Assembly: GCA_051362555.1 (NCBI GenBank)
Contig: CM120645.1
Span: 17,732,001-17,796,000 of the forward strand
DNA: 64,000 bases
Source: Lingula anatina
Lineage: Eukaryota; Animalia; Brachiopoda
Direction: 5' to 3'
A program made the position numbers and the translations under genes. A model generated the notes under the pieces. That model was given only the letters and a program-made list of their open reading frames with translations. It was not told the origin of the DNA and made no database searches. How positions within the stretch are numbered: position 1 is the first letter of the stretch; each line of letters opens with the position of its first letter. Below, piece after piece: positions 24,889 through 36,254 of this stretch.

Positions 24889-25484
24889 CGCAAAGTTATG
24901 TTTCAATCCACCATTAAGTAGCAAATGCACAGAACAATGTTAGTAAAGTCTTTTTACAGCTTATTAAATCTCATTTCTCAGCAGGTTCCTTGTTGCATAA
25001 GATTTTTAACAAAAATAACATTATATAGCTGTTTGGACAATATTTCCCAAATCATTAAAGCTAAGAACAACAGTATAATTAATAACAGTAGGACTGTTGA
25101 CAATGTGTCAGAAGTAAAAACTTGCAACTGTAGAATAAAAAGTGAATGCTCAATGAATGACAAATGTCTAGAAAAAATGTAATTTGTAAGGCAACAATGA
25201 GAATAGAAAATGAAACAAAAGAATACGATGGCATTTTTCAGCATGAATTCAAGTATAGATATAATTACCAACAGACCTCTTTCAACTGCCTAGCTAAATG
25301 CCATCTAACCTCATTAAGCAACTATATTTGGACTCTTAAGGACAAATAATAATGATAATATAATAATTTAAATAATAATAATAACAATAATAATAATAAC
25401 AATAAAAAAAATAATTATTATTATTATAATGAACTGAAATGGACAATAACAAGGAACGCACCACCATACTCAAATATAACCAAA
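24889..25484 (+). pseudogene. Penelope-like retroelement fragment (RT-thumb/linker plus GIY-YIG endonuclease), Naiad/Neptune-type
   Basis: Frameshifted translation: RKVM-FNPPLS..NVSKVFLQLIKSHFSAGSLLHKIFNKNNI-YSCLDNISQII..TCNCRIKSECSMNDKCLEKNVICKAT..KEYDGIFQHEFKYRYNYQQTSF..TSLSNYIWTLKDK..[(AAT)n insert]..ELKWTITRNAPPYSNITK. This matches the PLE pattern WFNPP..LHKIFN..SYSC, the CxC Cys-rich linker and a degenerate GIY..YIG. Confidence 0.85.
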
Positions 25485-25612
25485 TAACAGAACTCATGAA
25501 CAATACAGACATTTTAGTAAATAGCTACTAACTAGACAGCAAAGCTGATAAATATATAGACACCACACAGGAAACAAGGTGGCAAATGTGAGAAATGTTC
25601 AGACATTCAGAT

Positions 25613-25657
<45 letters not shown>

Positions 25658-25695
25658 AAGAGTGCACCAAATAATGTTTTGGTCAATTTTCATGC

Positions 25696-26012
25696 ACTAT
25701 CAATGTATACTCGATTCCGCCTGGTGTCCATGTGATTAAGCCAAATGAATGTCTCCCCGAAGACCAAAATTGACTTCAGGAAAAATATGGATGACTGAAC
25801 CACCATTCTGTGTTGATTAGATCCAGTAGCAGATTTGATTGGGGGGGGGGGGGGGGTCAGGGGGGTCCTGACTATCAATGTATACTCGATTCCGCCTGGT
25901 GTCCATGTGATTAAGCCAAATGAATGTCTCCCCGAAGACCAAAATTGACTTCAGGAAAAATATGGATGACTGAACCACCATTCTGTGTTGATTAGATCCA
26001 GTAGCAGATTTG

Positions 26013-26057
<45 letters not shown>

Positions 26058-26070
26058 CAGGGGGGTCCTG
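25696..26070. repeat. 175-bp tandem duplication differing only in poly-G length
   Basis: ACTATCAATGTATACTCG starts at 25696 and at 25871. Confidence 0.9.
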
Positions 26071-26379
26071 ACCCCCTTCGATTTCTGAAAAAAATCGAAG
26101 AACATATAACTATATACTATGGGCGTATTTTTGCCAGTTTTGGAGAAAAAATCACACCAACAGTCCCATCTTGAAATTAGAATTTTGACTAGCTGAATTA
26201 TATTGTTCTAAATTGTATCATTTTAAATGTTCTACACCGCTCGCCCTCTAAATTACCAAAAATTTCGGGCCCCTTCAGCAGGCTCCTAACCCCACATCAA
26301 GGGGGGGGGGGGGTTGGTCGGCTTCGCATCCGCTACCCTTCCTCCCCCCCCCTTTCAAATAATCCTGGATGCGCCCCTG
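25999..26379. mobile_element. GC-rich CAG..CTG MITE
   Basis: CAGTAGCAGATTTG..GGGGTCAGGGGGGTCCTGACCCCC at the left end and CCTGGATGCGCCCCTG at the right end. Flanks are AGATC/AAATC, a possible 5-bp TSD. A related left end lies at ~37063. Confidence 0.55.
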
Positions 26380-26880
26380 AAATCTGATTTTGTAGGATAA
26401 AAATGAAAGACGTGAATGTAGATAAGATTTATCTGTTATCAAAAACCATAAGTCTTACAACATTTATCAGAAGGGAAGCAAATAGTCTTTATACTTACCC
26501 AATAAACTAAAATGCGCTCCTTTTCGATTGTGTTAATTTGCAAAACTACATGTATTCCACTCTTTCCCATCCCGAAAAATCTTCACTGAATCTTTGCATA
26601 TGTAAGGCGAAGTGCCAGTGACGATTGAATGGGAGAAGATGACATTTTCTTACGTCGTTAATATTCCTAGATATATTCCATTGTATGCAAAATGTTTGAA
26701 AATATAATTCCGATCCGTATGAACAAGTATCTTGGTGCAAAAAGAAGACCCGCTTTGACAGCGCAATCAAGATACCTGTCACAACTAACACACTACATCG
26801 GAGGAGAATCGGGGCACATTAAGCGCATCCCAGTCCAGCACTACTTTCAAGCTATTTCGGCCCAGATCTTCTGATTTTTA

Positions 26881-27149
26881 GTTCAAATATATATTGATAA
26901 TATTTTGGTTGAAAAGAATTTGATTTTATAAACATTGTTCATTATTTAAAAGGAAAGGAAGTTATTTTTACACTCCTTTTTTGATTTCTTTTTTATCTTG
27001 TTTGATGACCATTGTCCTATATCGAACGATGCCCAAAATTGATTCACAGAGGAGTATTTCATAGATTTCTCGTAAACCTTCCCAAAATGACACCCTCGGT
27101 ACTGTTGCAAATTCTTTTCAACCAAAATATTATCAATATATATTTGAAC
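26881..27149. repeat. perfect 42-bp inverted repeat with 185-bp spacer
   Basis: GTTCAAATATATATTGATAATATTTTGGTTGAAAAGAATTTG (26881-26922) is the reverse complement of 27108-27149. Confidence 0.9.
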
Positions 27150-28280
27150 AAATTACCAAGTTTTTTGTTCACAGGCCGTCCTGGCTGCCCCCTCAAGCAG
27201 TCTACCACTGGTGACTCATGAAGACCGGCACGTTTTACAAATTTACCTTGTTTCATATTTTAAAAGACAAGTTTAAATTTGATATTCATGAGAAGAATTC
27301 TCTATCTCTATAAAACACGCACAAGTTCAGTTCTACACGTAGGCCTATAATAATCTCCAATCCACCCAGCTGTGGGTGCCGTGCGCTGGAAGTAACGGGG
27401 CAAAACGAACTTTCTCACTGCGCCCACATTAGGAAGAAAATCACTGTGGTAAATTGTTCCGAACGCATAGACAAATGGAGCCCATTATTACTATTTGCTT
27501 TAATACATTACATATATCTGTAGAGAAACCCTTTCGCTACACAATGGTGGATAGATCATTGTTGCATCTTCATGTAATGAACGATTTCCTTCCCCTTTCC
27601 ACATTTTAAATGTTCTTATTTAAGGCCAAGTGTGTGATATAATGTTAAAGTAAACCACAATGATTTGTTCTGGGAAAACCTAGAAAAATTAAAACATCAT
27701 GGATTAAGAAAATTTATCTTCACATTGCTTGTCAGGAGGTTTTACGTGCACCCCTTGTTCCAACCAGACTACTATCTTTCATCACTGTCTCCACTTGCAC
27801 AATATGATGTAATTTGGGACATCGTCACAATCATGTTGAGATTGACCCTAAGACCAAATACTGCAGCCCCAGTACTTTTGCAGCTTCACTTTACCAAGAT
27901 CTATTGTAACAAAATTTATCAAATTTTATACAGAAACATTTGCAAGTAATCATACTAGTTTGGTAATGTTTTTAATGAAACGGTGAATTATTTTGCCTTC
28001 ACTTTACTGTTTTTAAACATCCTAAGCAACTCGACCCAGAGTTCAGTTGGCACAGGTGTCGGTGGTTGTTCTTAGATACTAATGCATGTGATGGCTTGGC
28101 GGTGTGTTTTAATGTAACATGCGGAGCAAAATCTGTATGTTATTTAATACTTGATATGAATTGTAGTTGAGTCCACCCCCTACCCCTTTGTACCGCGTTA
28201 TCCACCGTACGGGATCATATTTTTCCTTGTGAAATGTTGTATGCGTCTGGGTCTGGTCAATTTCGCATCTATGGGCATTA

Positions 28281-29391
28281 TACCCCCTTCACACTAGAGG
28301 CGGAATGAGCGAGAATGCCGTCGGAAAGACAATTCTTTTTGCGCTCCTGGACATTCGAAGAGCATTCTAAAAATTCCGAGTGCATTCTAAATATTTTTAT
28401 CCATTCTTGTGGCATCCCGAATGTTTTTGTCATGTCAAAAACTTTCGAAGTGCAGTCTAAGTTGAAATTCATCAAATGGCATTTGAACAGTATTCTAACT
28501 GCACTATGACTGCATTATAAACATTCTCACGGCATTCCGACAGCATTCGAAACATTCTGATCACATTAGAGGAATATTCGAACTGACAAGTGACTTAAAG
28601 GCCCCGTCAAACTTATTCGAAACCAGTAGGAATCAAGCCGGAATTACTAAATTAAAAAATTCGTACCATATTCGGGAGGGAATTTCAAATTATCGTAAAA
28701 TATTACGGCTTTATAAGAATGCCTCTGGAATACTAAGAATGTACATCGAACCCGCCTGGAATGGTTCTTGCACATTCCAGGTATATTACCTCTCAAATGC
28801 AGCTCGAATGTAGTTGGAATACTGTAGGGATATTGCGATAAATTTCCTCTTGGAGTGCACTTCGAAAGTTTTTGACATGACAAAAACATTCGAGCCGGCC
28901 ATAAGAATGGGTAAAAATATTTGGAATGCACTCAGAGTTTTTAGAATGTTTTTAGAATGCTCTTCGAATATCCTGGAGTGCACAAAGAATTGTTTTTCAG
29001 ACGCCATTCTTAATCATTCCGCCTCTAGTGTGACGGGGATTTTATATCCCGCCAGAATGTTTCGAATGTGCCTCGGATGAGCTGAAATATTTATGTTGCC
29101 AGCAATCGAACTACCCTAGTGCGCCGTTCAAAGTATATTCTAAATATTCTTACTGCCTTCTTACAGCATTATAAATATTCCTAGTTTTCCAACTACATTC
29201 GAACTGCTTTTGAGAGCTACCTGTAATACAGTCGAAAGTTCCAGGCGAATTCAAGCGCATTCTGAGTATTCCAACGGTACTCTTACAATAATTTGAAATT
29301 TTTCCACGAATGTGGTGCGAATTTTAAAAATTCTTTGATCAGGCTCATTCTTCTTCATTCCTGCTGATTCCAAATAAGTGTGACGGGGGTA
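28281..29391. mobile_element. PIF/Harbinger-like MITE containing an inverted copy of its own family
   Basis: TTA|TACCCCCTTCACACT ... AGTGTGACGGGGGTA|TTA gives TIRs plus a TTA TSD. The inner segment 28600-29040 is the reverse complement of the element's two ends. Confidence 0.78.
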
Positions 29392-29668
29392 TTAGTGAAT
29401 GACGTTTTATAACATAGCCATTTCAAGCTCAAAGAAACGAACGCGACATGGGTTGTGTTAATCTCGCATCTATGCAGTTCAGTATGTGGCGAAACAGACT
29501 CAGCCATATCATTTTCGGGCCTCAAAGCTCTGTAGTAAAAGACGAAGGTGGTGTCAGTTTCGCTGCTATAGGGCTTAATAACGTATAAAATAGACGCGGT
29601 GCATGTTGTTTTCGTTTGTTAAGGGGCGTCTAAAAGACGCACGCGTAGGCTCCTATAGGCCATGGTAA

Positions 29669-29968
29669 AATTCAGTTTATTTGAATGTATTTCTGAATAA
29701 CAAGTTAAGAAAATTCACTAGTTCACTAAAGACACAAAACAACTGTGACTTTTACTTTAAAACATTTTTTTTTTTATTATTTTGATAAAGTTAGTTACAG
29801 AATTGATAAACAGAGTGTCACGTTTTCAACAATTAATATTTTAAATTACAATCCATGTCTGCAAGGTTGTGTCAATGAACAAAATACAACGTTGAGTCAA
29901 CGTCACATTATGACGGTGTTTTGACGTGGCTGGATCAACGTTGATTATACGTAAAATTGCTTGCCGGA
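29669..29968. mobile_element. fragment of a non-autonomous DNA element with CAACGTTG subterminal repeats (right end)
   Basis: CAACGTTG/TCAACGTC repeats end in TGCTTGCCGG. 29669-29763 is a direct repeat of 33337-33431. Confidence 0.45.
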
Positions 29969-29969
29969 G

Positions 29970-32334
29970 GTTACAATACAGAATAAACACAGCAAACAGA
30001 ATATAAACAGACAAATAGACATACAGTGACAACACCATCATGCAGAGTAATAATAATGAATAAAAACAAATAGAGTGACAAAACTGACTCAGTGCTCACA
30101 ATAAATACAAACACGAACAGTAACAACACCAACAAACAGTAATCAAAATATATACAAACAAACACGGTCACAATACAGACATACCAGTACACAGTAGAAA
30201 GAAATTCACATGTACAGTGACAACAGTAATGTTCACCGTAATGATAATGAAAACAAGTAAAAAGAGTAAAAAACATAGCCGTTCACAGTCATCACAATAT
30301 GTACAAACACATTCAGTAACAATACAAAATCGACACAGCAAACAGAATATAAACAGACACATAGACATATAGTGAACAACATTATCATGCAGAGTAATAG
30401 TAATGATTTAAAACATATAGAGTGACAAACTGACATAAACAGTAATCAAAATAAATATTAACATGCACAGTGATAATAGTAACGTGCACAATAATCAAAA
30501 TGACTACAAACAAACACAGACACCATACAGACATACACAGTGATCAGAATAAATTTTGACATGTACTGTGACAACACAACCATGCACAGTAAAAAGAATG
30601 AACACAAATTAATCAGGTAATTACACAGTTATACACAGTGATCACAGTATATATATACAAACAAATTCAATGACAAACAAATAGATCACAAACAAATAAA
30701 AAGTAACAAAACAGACATACATAGTGCTCACAATAAATACAAACACCAACAGTAACAACACAAACATACACTGTGATCACAAAAAAAAAAAAAAAAAACC
30801 AACCCAAACACTGACAAACAAACAGAATATAAACAGACACATGTACATACAGTGACAACACCATAAGGCAGATCTTTGTTAATCTACTTGTTTGTATTTA
30901 TTGTGAGCGCTGGGTACGTCAGTTTTGTTACTCTATTTGTTTGTGGTCATTTTGATTACTGTGCATTTTAGTGTTGGCACTGTTTGTGTTTGTATTTGTT
31001 GTCAGCGATGTGGATGTCAGTTTTGTCAGTTTATTTATTTCTAGTCATTATTTTAACTGTGCATGTTGGCGTTGTCACTGTCACTGTCATATTCTGTTTG
31101 CTATGTCTATTCTGTATTGTTACTGAATGTGTTTTTACATATTGTGATGACTGTGTATGGCTATGTTTTCTATCTCTTTTCTTGTGTTCATTGTCATTAG
31201 GGTGCACTTTACTATTGTCACCTTATATGATAATATTTATTTTGAGCACTATGTATGTTTGTGCAGGGCCGTAGCCTCCGGGGGGGCAGGGGGGGCAGCT
31301 GCCCCCCCTGGAATTTGGAATTTTACACACCACACCCTCCCCCCTCGGTAGCTTCGCCCCCTCGTGTCCGCTTACTGCCCCCCCTGGCATTTTGCTCAGG
31401 CTACGGCCCTGTTGTGTTGCTACTGTTTTTGTCTGCATATAATTCTGATCAATGTTTAATTGTTTGTCCTTCTATTTGTTTATAATCATTATTATTACTG
31501 TGCATGTTTGTTTTGTCAGTGTTTGCGTTTCTATTTTTTGTGTTCACTATGTATGTTTGTGTTTTAACTGTGAGTGTTTGTATTTATTGTGAGCACTGTG
31601 TATGTCAGTTTGTCATATTCTGTTTGCTGCGTCTATTCTGTATTGTTACTGAATGTGTTTGTACATATTGTGATGACTGTGTATGGGTATGTTTTCTTCC
31701 TTTTTTCTTGTGTTCATTGTCATTAGGGTGAATGTTACTGTTGTCTCTGTACATGTCAACATTTATTCTGATCACTGTGTATGTCTGTATTGTGACTGTG
31801 TTTCTTTGTATTTATTTTGATTACTGTTTGTTGGTGTAGTTACTGTTGATGTTTGTATTTATTGTGAGCACTGTGTATATCAGTTTTGTTACTCTGTTTG
31901 TTTGTAATCATAACTATTACTCTGCATGATGGTGTTGTCACTGTATGTCTATGTGTCTGTTTATATGGTATTTGCTGTGTCTATGTGTTTATTGTGTATT
32001 GTTACTGAATGTGTTTGTATATATTGTGATGACTGTGTATGACTTCATTTCACTCTTTTTCCTTGTGTTCATTCTTATTACGGTAAATGTTACTGTAGTC
32101 ACTGTACATGTGAATTATTTTCCTAATCACTGCGTATGTCTGTTTAGTGATTGTGTTTGTTTGTATTTATTTTGATTACTGTGTTTGTTGGTGATGTTAC
32201 TGCTCGTGTTTGTATTTATTGTGAGCACTATGTAGGTCAATTTTGTCACTCTATTTGTTTTTAATCATTATTATTACTCTGCATGATGGTGTTGTCACTG
32301 TATGTCTATGTGTCTGTTTATATTCTGTTTACTG
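29970..32334. repeat. ~49-bp-monomer satellite block with internal inversion at ~30868
   Basis: The AC-rich strand is on top at 29970-30865 and the GT-rich strand at 30870-32334; same family as 41703-64000. Confidence 0.9.
31264..31411. mobile_element. 148-bp GC-rich MITE inserted in the satellite
   Basis: Perfect 13-bp TIR CAGGGCCGTAGCC / GGCTACGGCCCTG with TTGTG duplicated on both sides. Confidence 0.85.
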
Positions 32335-32335
32335 T

Positions 32336-32872
32336 CCCAAATTATGTTGTTTTAACATTGAAACAACGTTGAACCATAACGTCGAGAAGACATTGGATAA
32401 ACATTGGATTTGAAAATTGTGTCAACCGCAGATAACAATGTTGTATCAACGTCAGAAAACAATGTTATATCAACCCCACCCAGCAGGAAATTTTGTTGTT
32501 TCAACGTTGAAACAATGTTGAGCTTCAACGTTGACAAGATGTTGGATTAACATTGGATTTGAAAATTAGATCAACGTCAGATAACAATGTATCAAACCCA
32601 GTTGTTGGACAACATTCTTGCATAAAAAGACATTAAAATGACCTGAAATGTTTTTATTTTTGGTACAAAACACAGGTACACAATTATAACGTACACTGTA
32701 AAAACATCCAAGTGCCTGCTTTGTCTGATTTTTCAACGCATTTAGCTCCTAAGCATGTTTTGCACCTAAGCATGGTACACCCTTTTAGCCTGGATGTGTG
32801 TAGCAGTAGTACATGTTTGATGGCTAAATATATGTAGGGTATAAATGTATGTTAAAATTTCCTAGGTTTAGA

Positions 32873-32925
<53 letters not shown>

Positions 32926-33431
32926 GACCTGTTTATTGTGTATATATATTAACAGATAACTATAACTATATATATATATACTTAATCCACAGCTAGCGAG
33001 TAGAACAAAAGACTTGACCGTGCTGTATTCGACATACAAGCACGTGATGTACGAGTGCATTCCATGGTCTGTTGCACTACTAGTGTAGTAGCAAATCAGA
33101 GGCCGTGGTTTAAGCCAGATACAACACTCATCGCCAAGCTGTATGTGAAAATTACTAGCCAATACACTCGTAATATTTCACGTACAGCTCAGCGACTGGT
33201 ATTGTATCTATCACAACAAAGTCACAGTCACCTCAACCTGTCTATCTATAATAGGTTACCAAGAACTGTCAACTTTATATCACTCCATCACATTTACAGC
33301 AACTTATTCATCCTAGTGTTAGCTGACCTTGCAAGGAATTTAGTTTATTGGAATGTATTTCTGAATAACAAGTTAATAAAATTCACTAGTTCACTAAAGA
33401 CACAAAACAACTGTCACTTTTACTTTAAAAC
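32336..33431. mobile_element. fragment of a non-autonomous DNA element with CAACGTTG subterminal repeats (left end)
   Basis: CCCAGCAGG (32480) is followed by repeated CAACGTTG/CAATGTTG units, and the left ~140 bp is duplicated. It shares 33337-33431 with 29669-29763. Confidence 0.45.
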
Positions 33432-33478
33432 CCTTTTGTTATTATTTTGTTATAGATAGGTTGAGGTGACCGTGACTT

Positions 33479-33483
<5 letters not shown>

Positions 33484-33536
<53 letters not shown>

Positions 33537-33683
33537 TGGAGAATAAAGACAATACACTATGAAAAAGTGCTCTACCATTTATTATGCGGTTGATCTACCT
33601 AAGGGCGAGGCCTCAGGGCCGAAACGGCCATAGGGTATTTTTTATTAAAATGGAGAGAAAAGACTAATTTATTCGTATCCTCG

Positions 33684-33728
<45 letters not shown>
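33484..33728 (+). other. (TA)n microsatellite split by a ~155-bp insert carrying a hammerhead-like motif
   Basis: (TA)n runs at 33484-33533 and 33688-33728 flank TACCTAAGGGCGA-GGCC-TCAG-GGCC-GAAAC-GGCC-ATAGGGTA (33596-33637). Confidence 0.5.
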
Positions 33729-33730
<2 letters not shown>

Positions 33731-33782
33731 CTGAACATTGGAAATCCTAACTTAAAGGCCATACACATATACCCTACATATA

Positions 33783-35367
33783 CAGACTTGACATTTAATA
33801 TGGAATATTTCAGTTTTACGTAGGTAAAATGCATTCTTTATCAAAAAACTCAGATCTCATATAAGATATCTGACTGGAGAAGTGTGAAGTCAGGTGTGTC
33901 GCTACCAATTAACTGATTATCAAGTCTGTTGCACTGCTGCATTATGTAATATGCAGTGATTTAATTGGGTAGTGCTCCTTTGGGCTGGTCAAAGCTTGGC
34001 TTTGGCGAAGCATGGTTCTGTCAAAAAAGTATCCATATGTCAGCAACTACTGTATAGAAGAATTTAAAATTTTGCATGCAAGCGGTTGGTTTTGCAATGT
34101 GTAAAGTGAAATTAGCAGTGTTTTACAAAATTGTTAAGCTTTGCCAGAATGGCACGAAAAAGACAGACAATTGCTAGACGGATTATTGCGCCAAATGGAA
34201 CGGTCTGCACAGTTTCATAGAAAAATGCCCAGACTTATATACCCACACAGAGACCTTGCCCAATGTATCGTTATCTTACCACCAGGGTATAGGACTCAAT
34301 GTCCTTCAGGATATGCTGCTGCAATTAAACCCAAACCACCCAGTCCGTTTTGAATGAGGGGCAAATTGTCACCAAAACGCATTTTTCAAGGCTCTTAGCG
34401 AACACCAAACTGGTTTTAGCAGGTTAGAATACCAGGCCACCTCTGGGGAAGTCACTGTAAACAGCAAAACAGCGTAGTCTGTTTCTCTAATGATTTGGGG
34501 ACCATGACATTTTCTGGGTAGAACATTGAAACCACGTGGTTTTCTTTATTGAGGTCAGATTTCACCTGTACCGCTAAAGTGGTCAAAACAGAGTTTACAG
34601 AGGCCTACGACAAGGCGTGTGCCACTTCTGAAGTGACTTGGGTCATTAGCAGTGTCAATATTTGGAGTGGATACCACATTGGTGCCAAAACACCAATGGA
34701 AGTCATCAATGAAAACCAGATCACATAAAGGAATAATCTGGGAACCACTTGATTATCATTTGATAGGGGCACCTTAGGAACAGATTTAGGTTGCACGATC
34801 AGATTGCCGGTTCACACAGAGCACTTTCAATAGCAGATAACTTACAGAACCAAGGGAATGAACAGCTACCTTGGTCATCAAAATTGCCATATTTGAACCA
34901 CATAGACAATATGGGGGTAGGTCATTAGTCGCCGAATCAATGGTCTGCATGTCCTAAAACAAAACGGAACCAAAATGGACAAGTTTAAACCGTTGCCTGG
35001 AATTTTATTCCAGATTGAATTTCAAAAACCTATCCTAAAGTATGCCTTGCTGCTTGAAAGCTCTGGTAGCAGGGAGATGAGGTCAGGCATAACAGCGACT
35101 GTTGCTGTGACTACACACTGATATTAGGGACCTTTGTGGGGCATGAAACTCTTTTAAAGACGATAATTTGGGAAATATGGAGATCCAAAATATCGTTTTC
35201 AATGGTTGTCGTATGACTTAAAATAGGCAATGTATTTTTAATTGCTTCAAGAGCGAATTCAATTAATGAACTGATGTCACAATGACATGGAATAGATTAT
35301 CAGAAGTTATTAAAACATGATTTTAATCCTTATTTTCATTTATCAGTCTGCAATATAGAAAAAACTG
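33783..35367 (+). mobile_element. Tc1/mariner DNA transposon copy 2 (3' TIR lost at satellite junction)
   Basis: TA|CAGACTTGACATTTAATATGGAATATTT at 33781; body homologous to the reverse complement of 7780-9050. Confidence 0.85.
34149..35092 (+). pseudogene. decayed Tc1-like transposase
   Basis: ATG at 34149 aligns with the copy-1 start. It contains EVRFHLYR, EAYDKAC, SVNIWSG, LPWSSKLPYLNHIDNM and MPCCLKALVA-like segments interrupted by stops and frameshifts. Confidence 0.82.
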
Positions 35368-36254
35368 TGACATACACAGTGATCAGAATAAATTTTGAAA
35401 TGTACAGTGACAACAGTAACGTGCACCGTAACGATAATGAACACAAGTAAAAAGAGTAAAAAACATAGCCGTTCACAGTCATCACAATATATACAAACAC
35501 ATTCAGTAACAATACAAAATCGACACAGCAAACAGAATATAAACAGACACATAGACATATAGTGAACAACATTATCATGCAGAGTAATAGTAATGATTAT
35601 AAACAAACAGAGTGACAAAACTAACATACACAGTGCTCATAATAAATACAAACACCAACAGTAACAACACAAGCACATGCAATGATGACAAAAAATACAA
35701 ATGCAAATACCAACAAAACAAACATGCACAGTAATAATAACATTTATAAACAAATAGAAAGACAAACAGACTTAAACAGTGATCAGAATTATATGCAGAC
35801 AAAAACAGTAATAACACAAACATACACAGTGCTCGAAATAAATATTATCACATAAGGTGACAGTAGTAAAGTGCATCCTAATGACAATGAACACAAGAAA
35901 AAATTTAGAGAGAAAACATAGCCATACACAGTCATCACAATATGTAAAAACACATTCAGTAACAATACAGAATAGACACAGCAAACAGAATATAAACAGA
36001 CACAGAGATACATAAGATAAACACACAGGAATACAGTGACAACACAATCATGCAAGAGTTATAGTAAATATTACAAACAAATAGAGTGACAAAACTGACA
36101 TACATAGTGCTCATAATAAATACAAACACAAACAGTGACAACACAAACATGCACAGTAATCAAAATATATAAAAACAAACACAGTCAAAATACAGACATA
36201 CACAGTGATCAGAATAAATTTTGACATGTACAGTGACAGGAGTAAGGTTCACCG
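35368..36254. repeat. ~49-bp-monomer satellite (AC-rich strand on top)
   Basis: Same monomers in reverse complement; continues at 41703 after the insertion. Confidence 0.9.

Noticed and set aside
32824-33459. 112-aa and 134-aa ORFs
   Set aside because: They run through (TA)n and repeat-derived DNA and show no recognisable domain.
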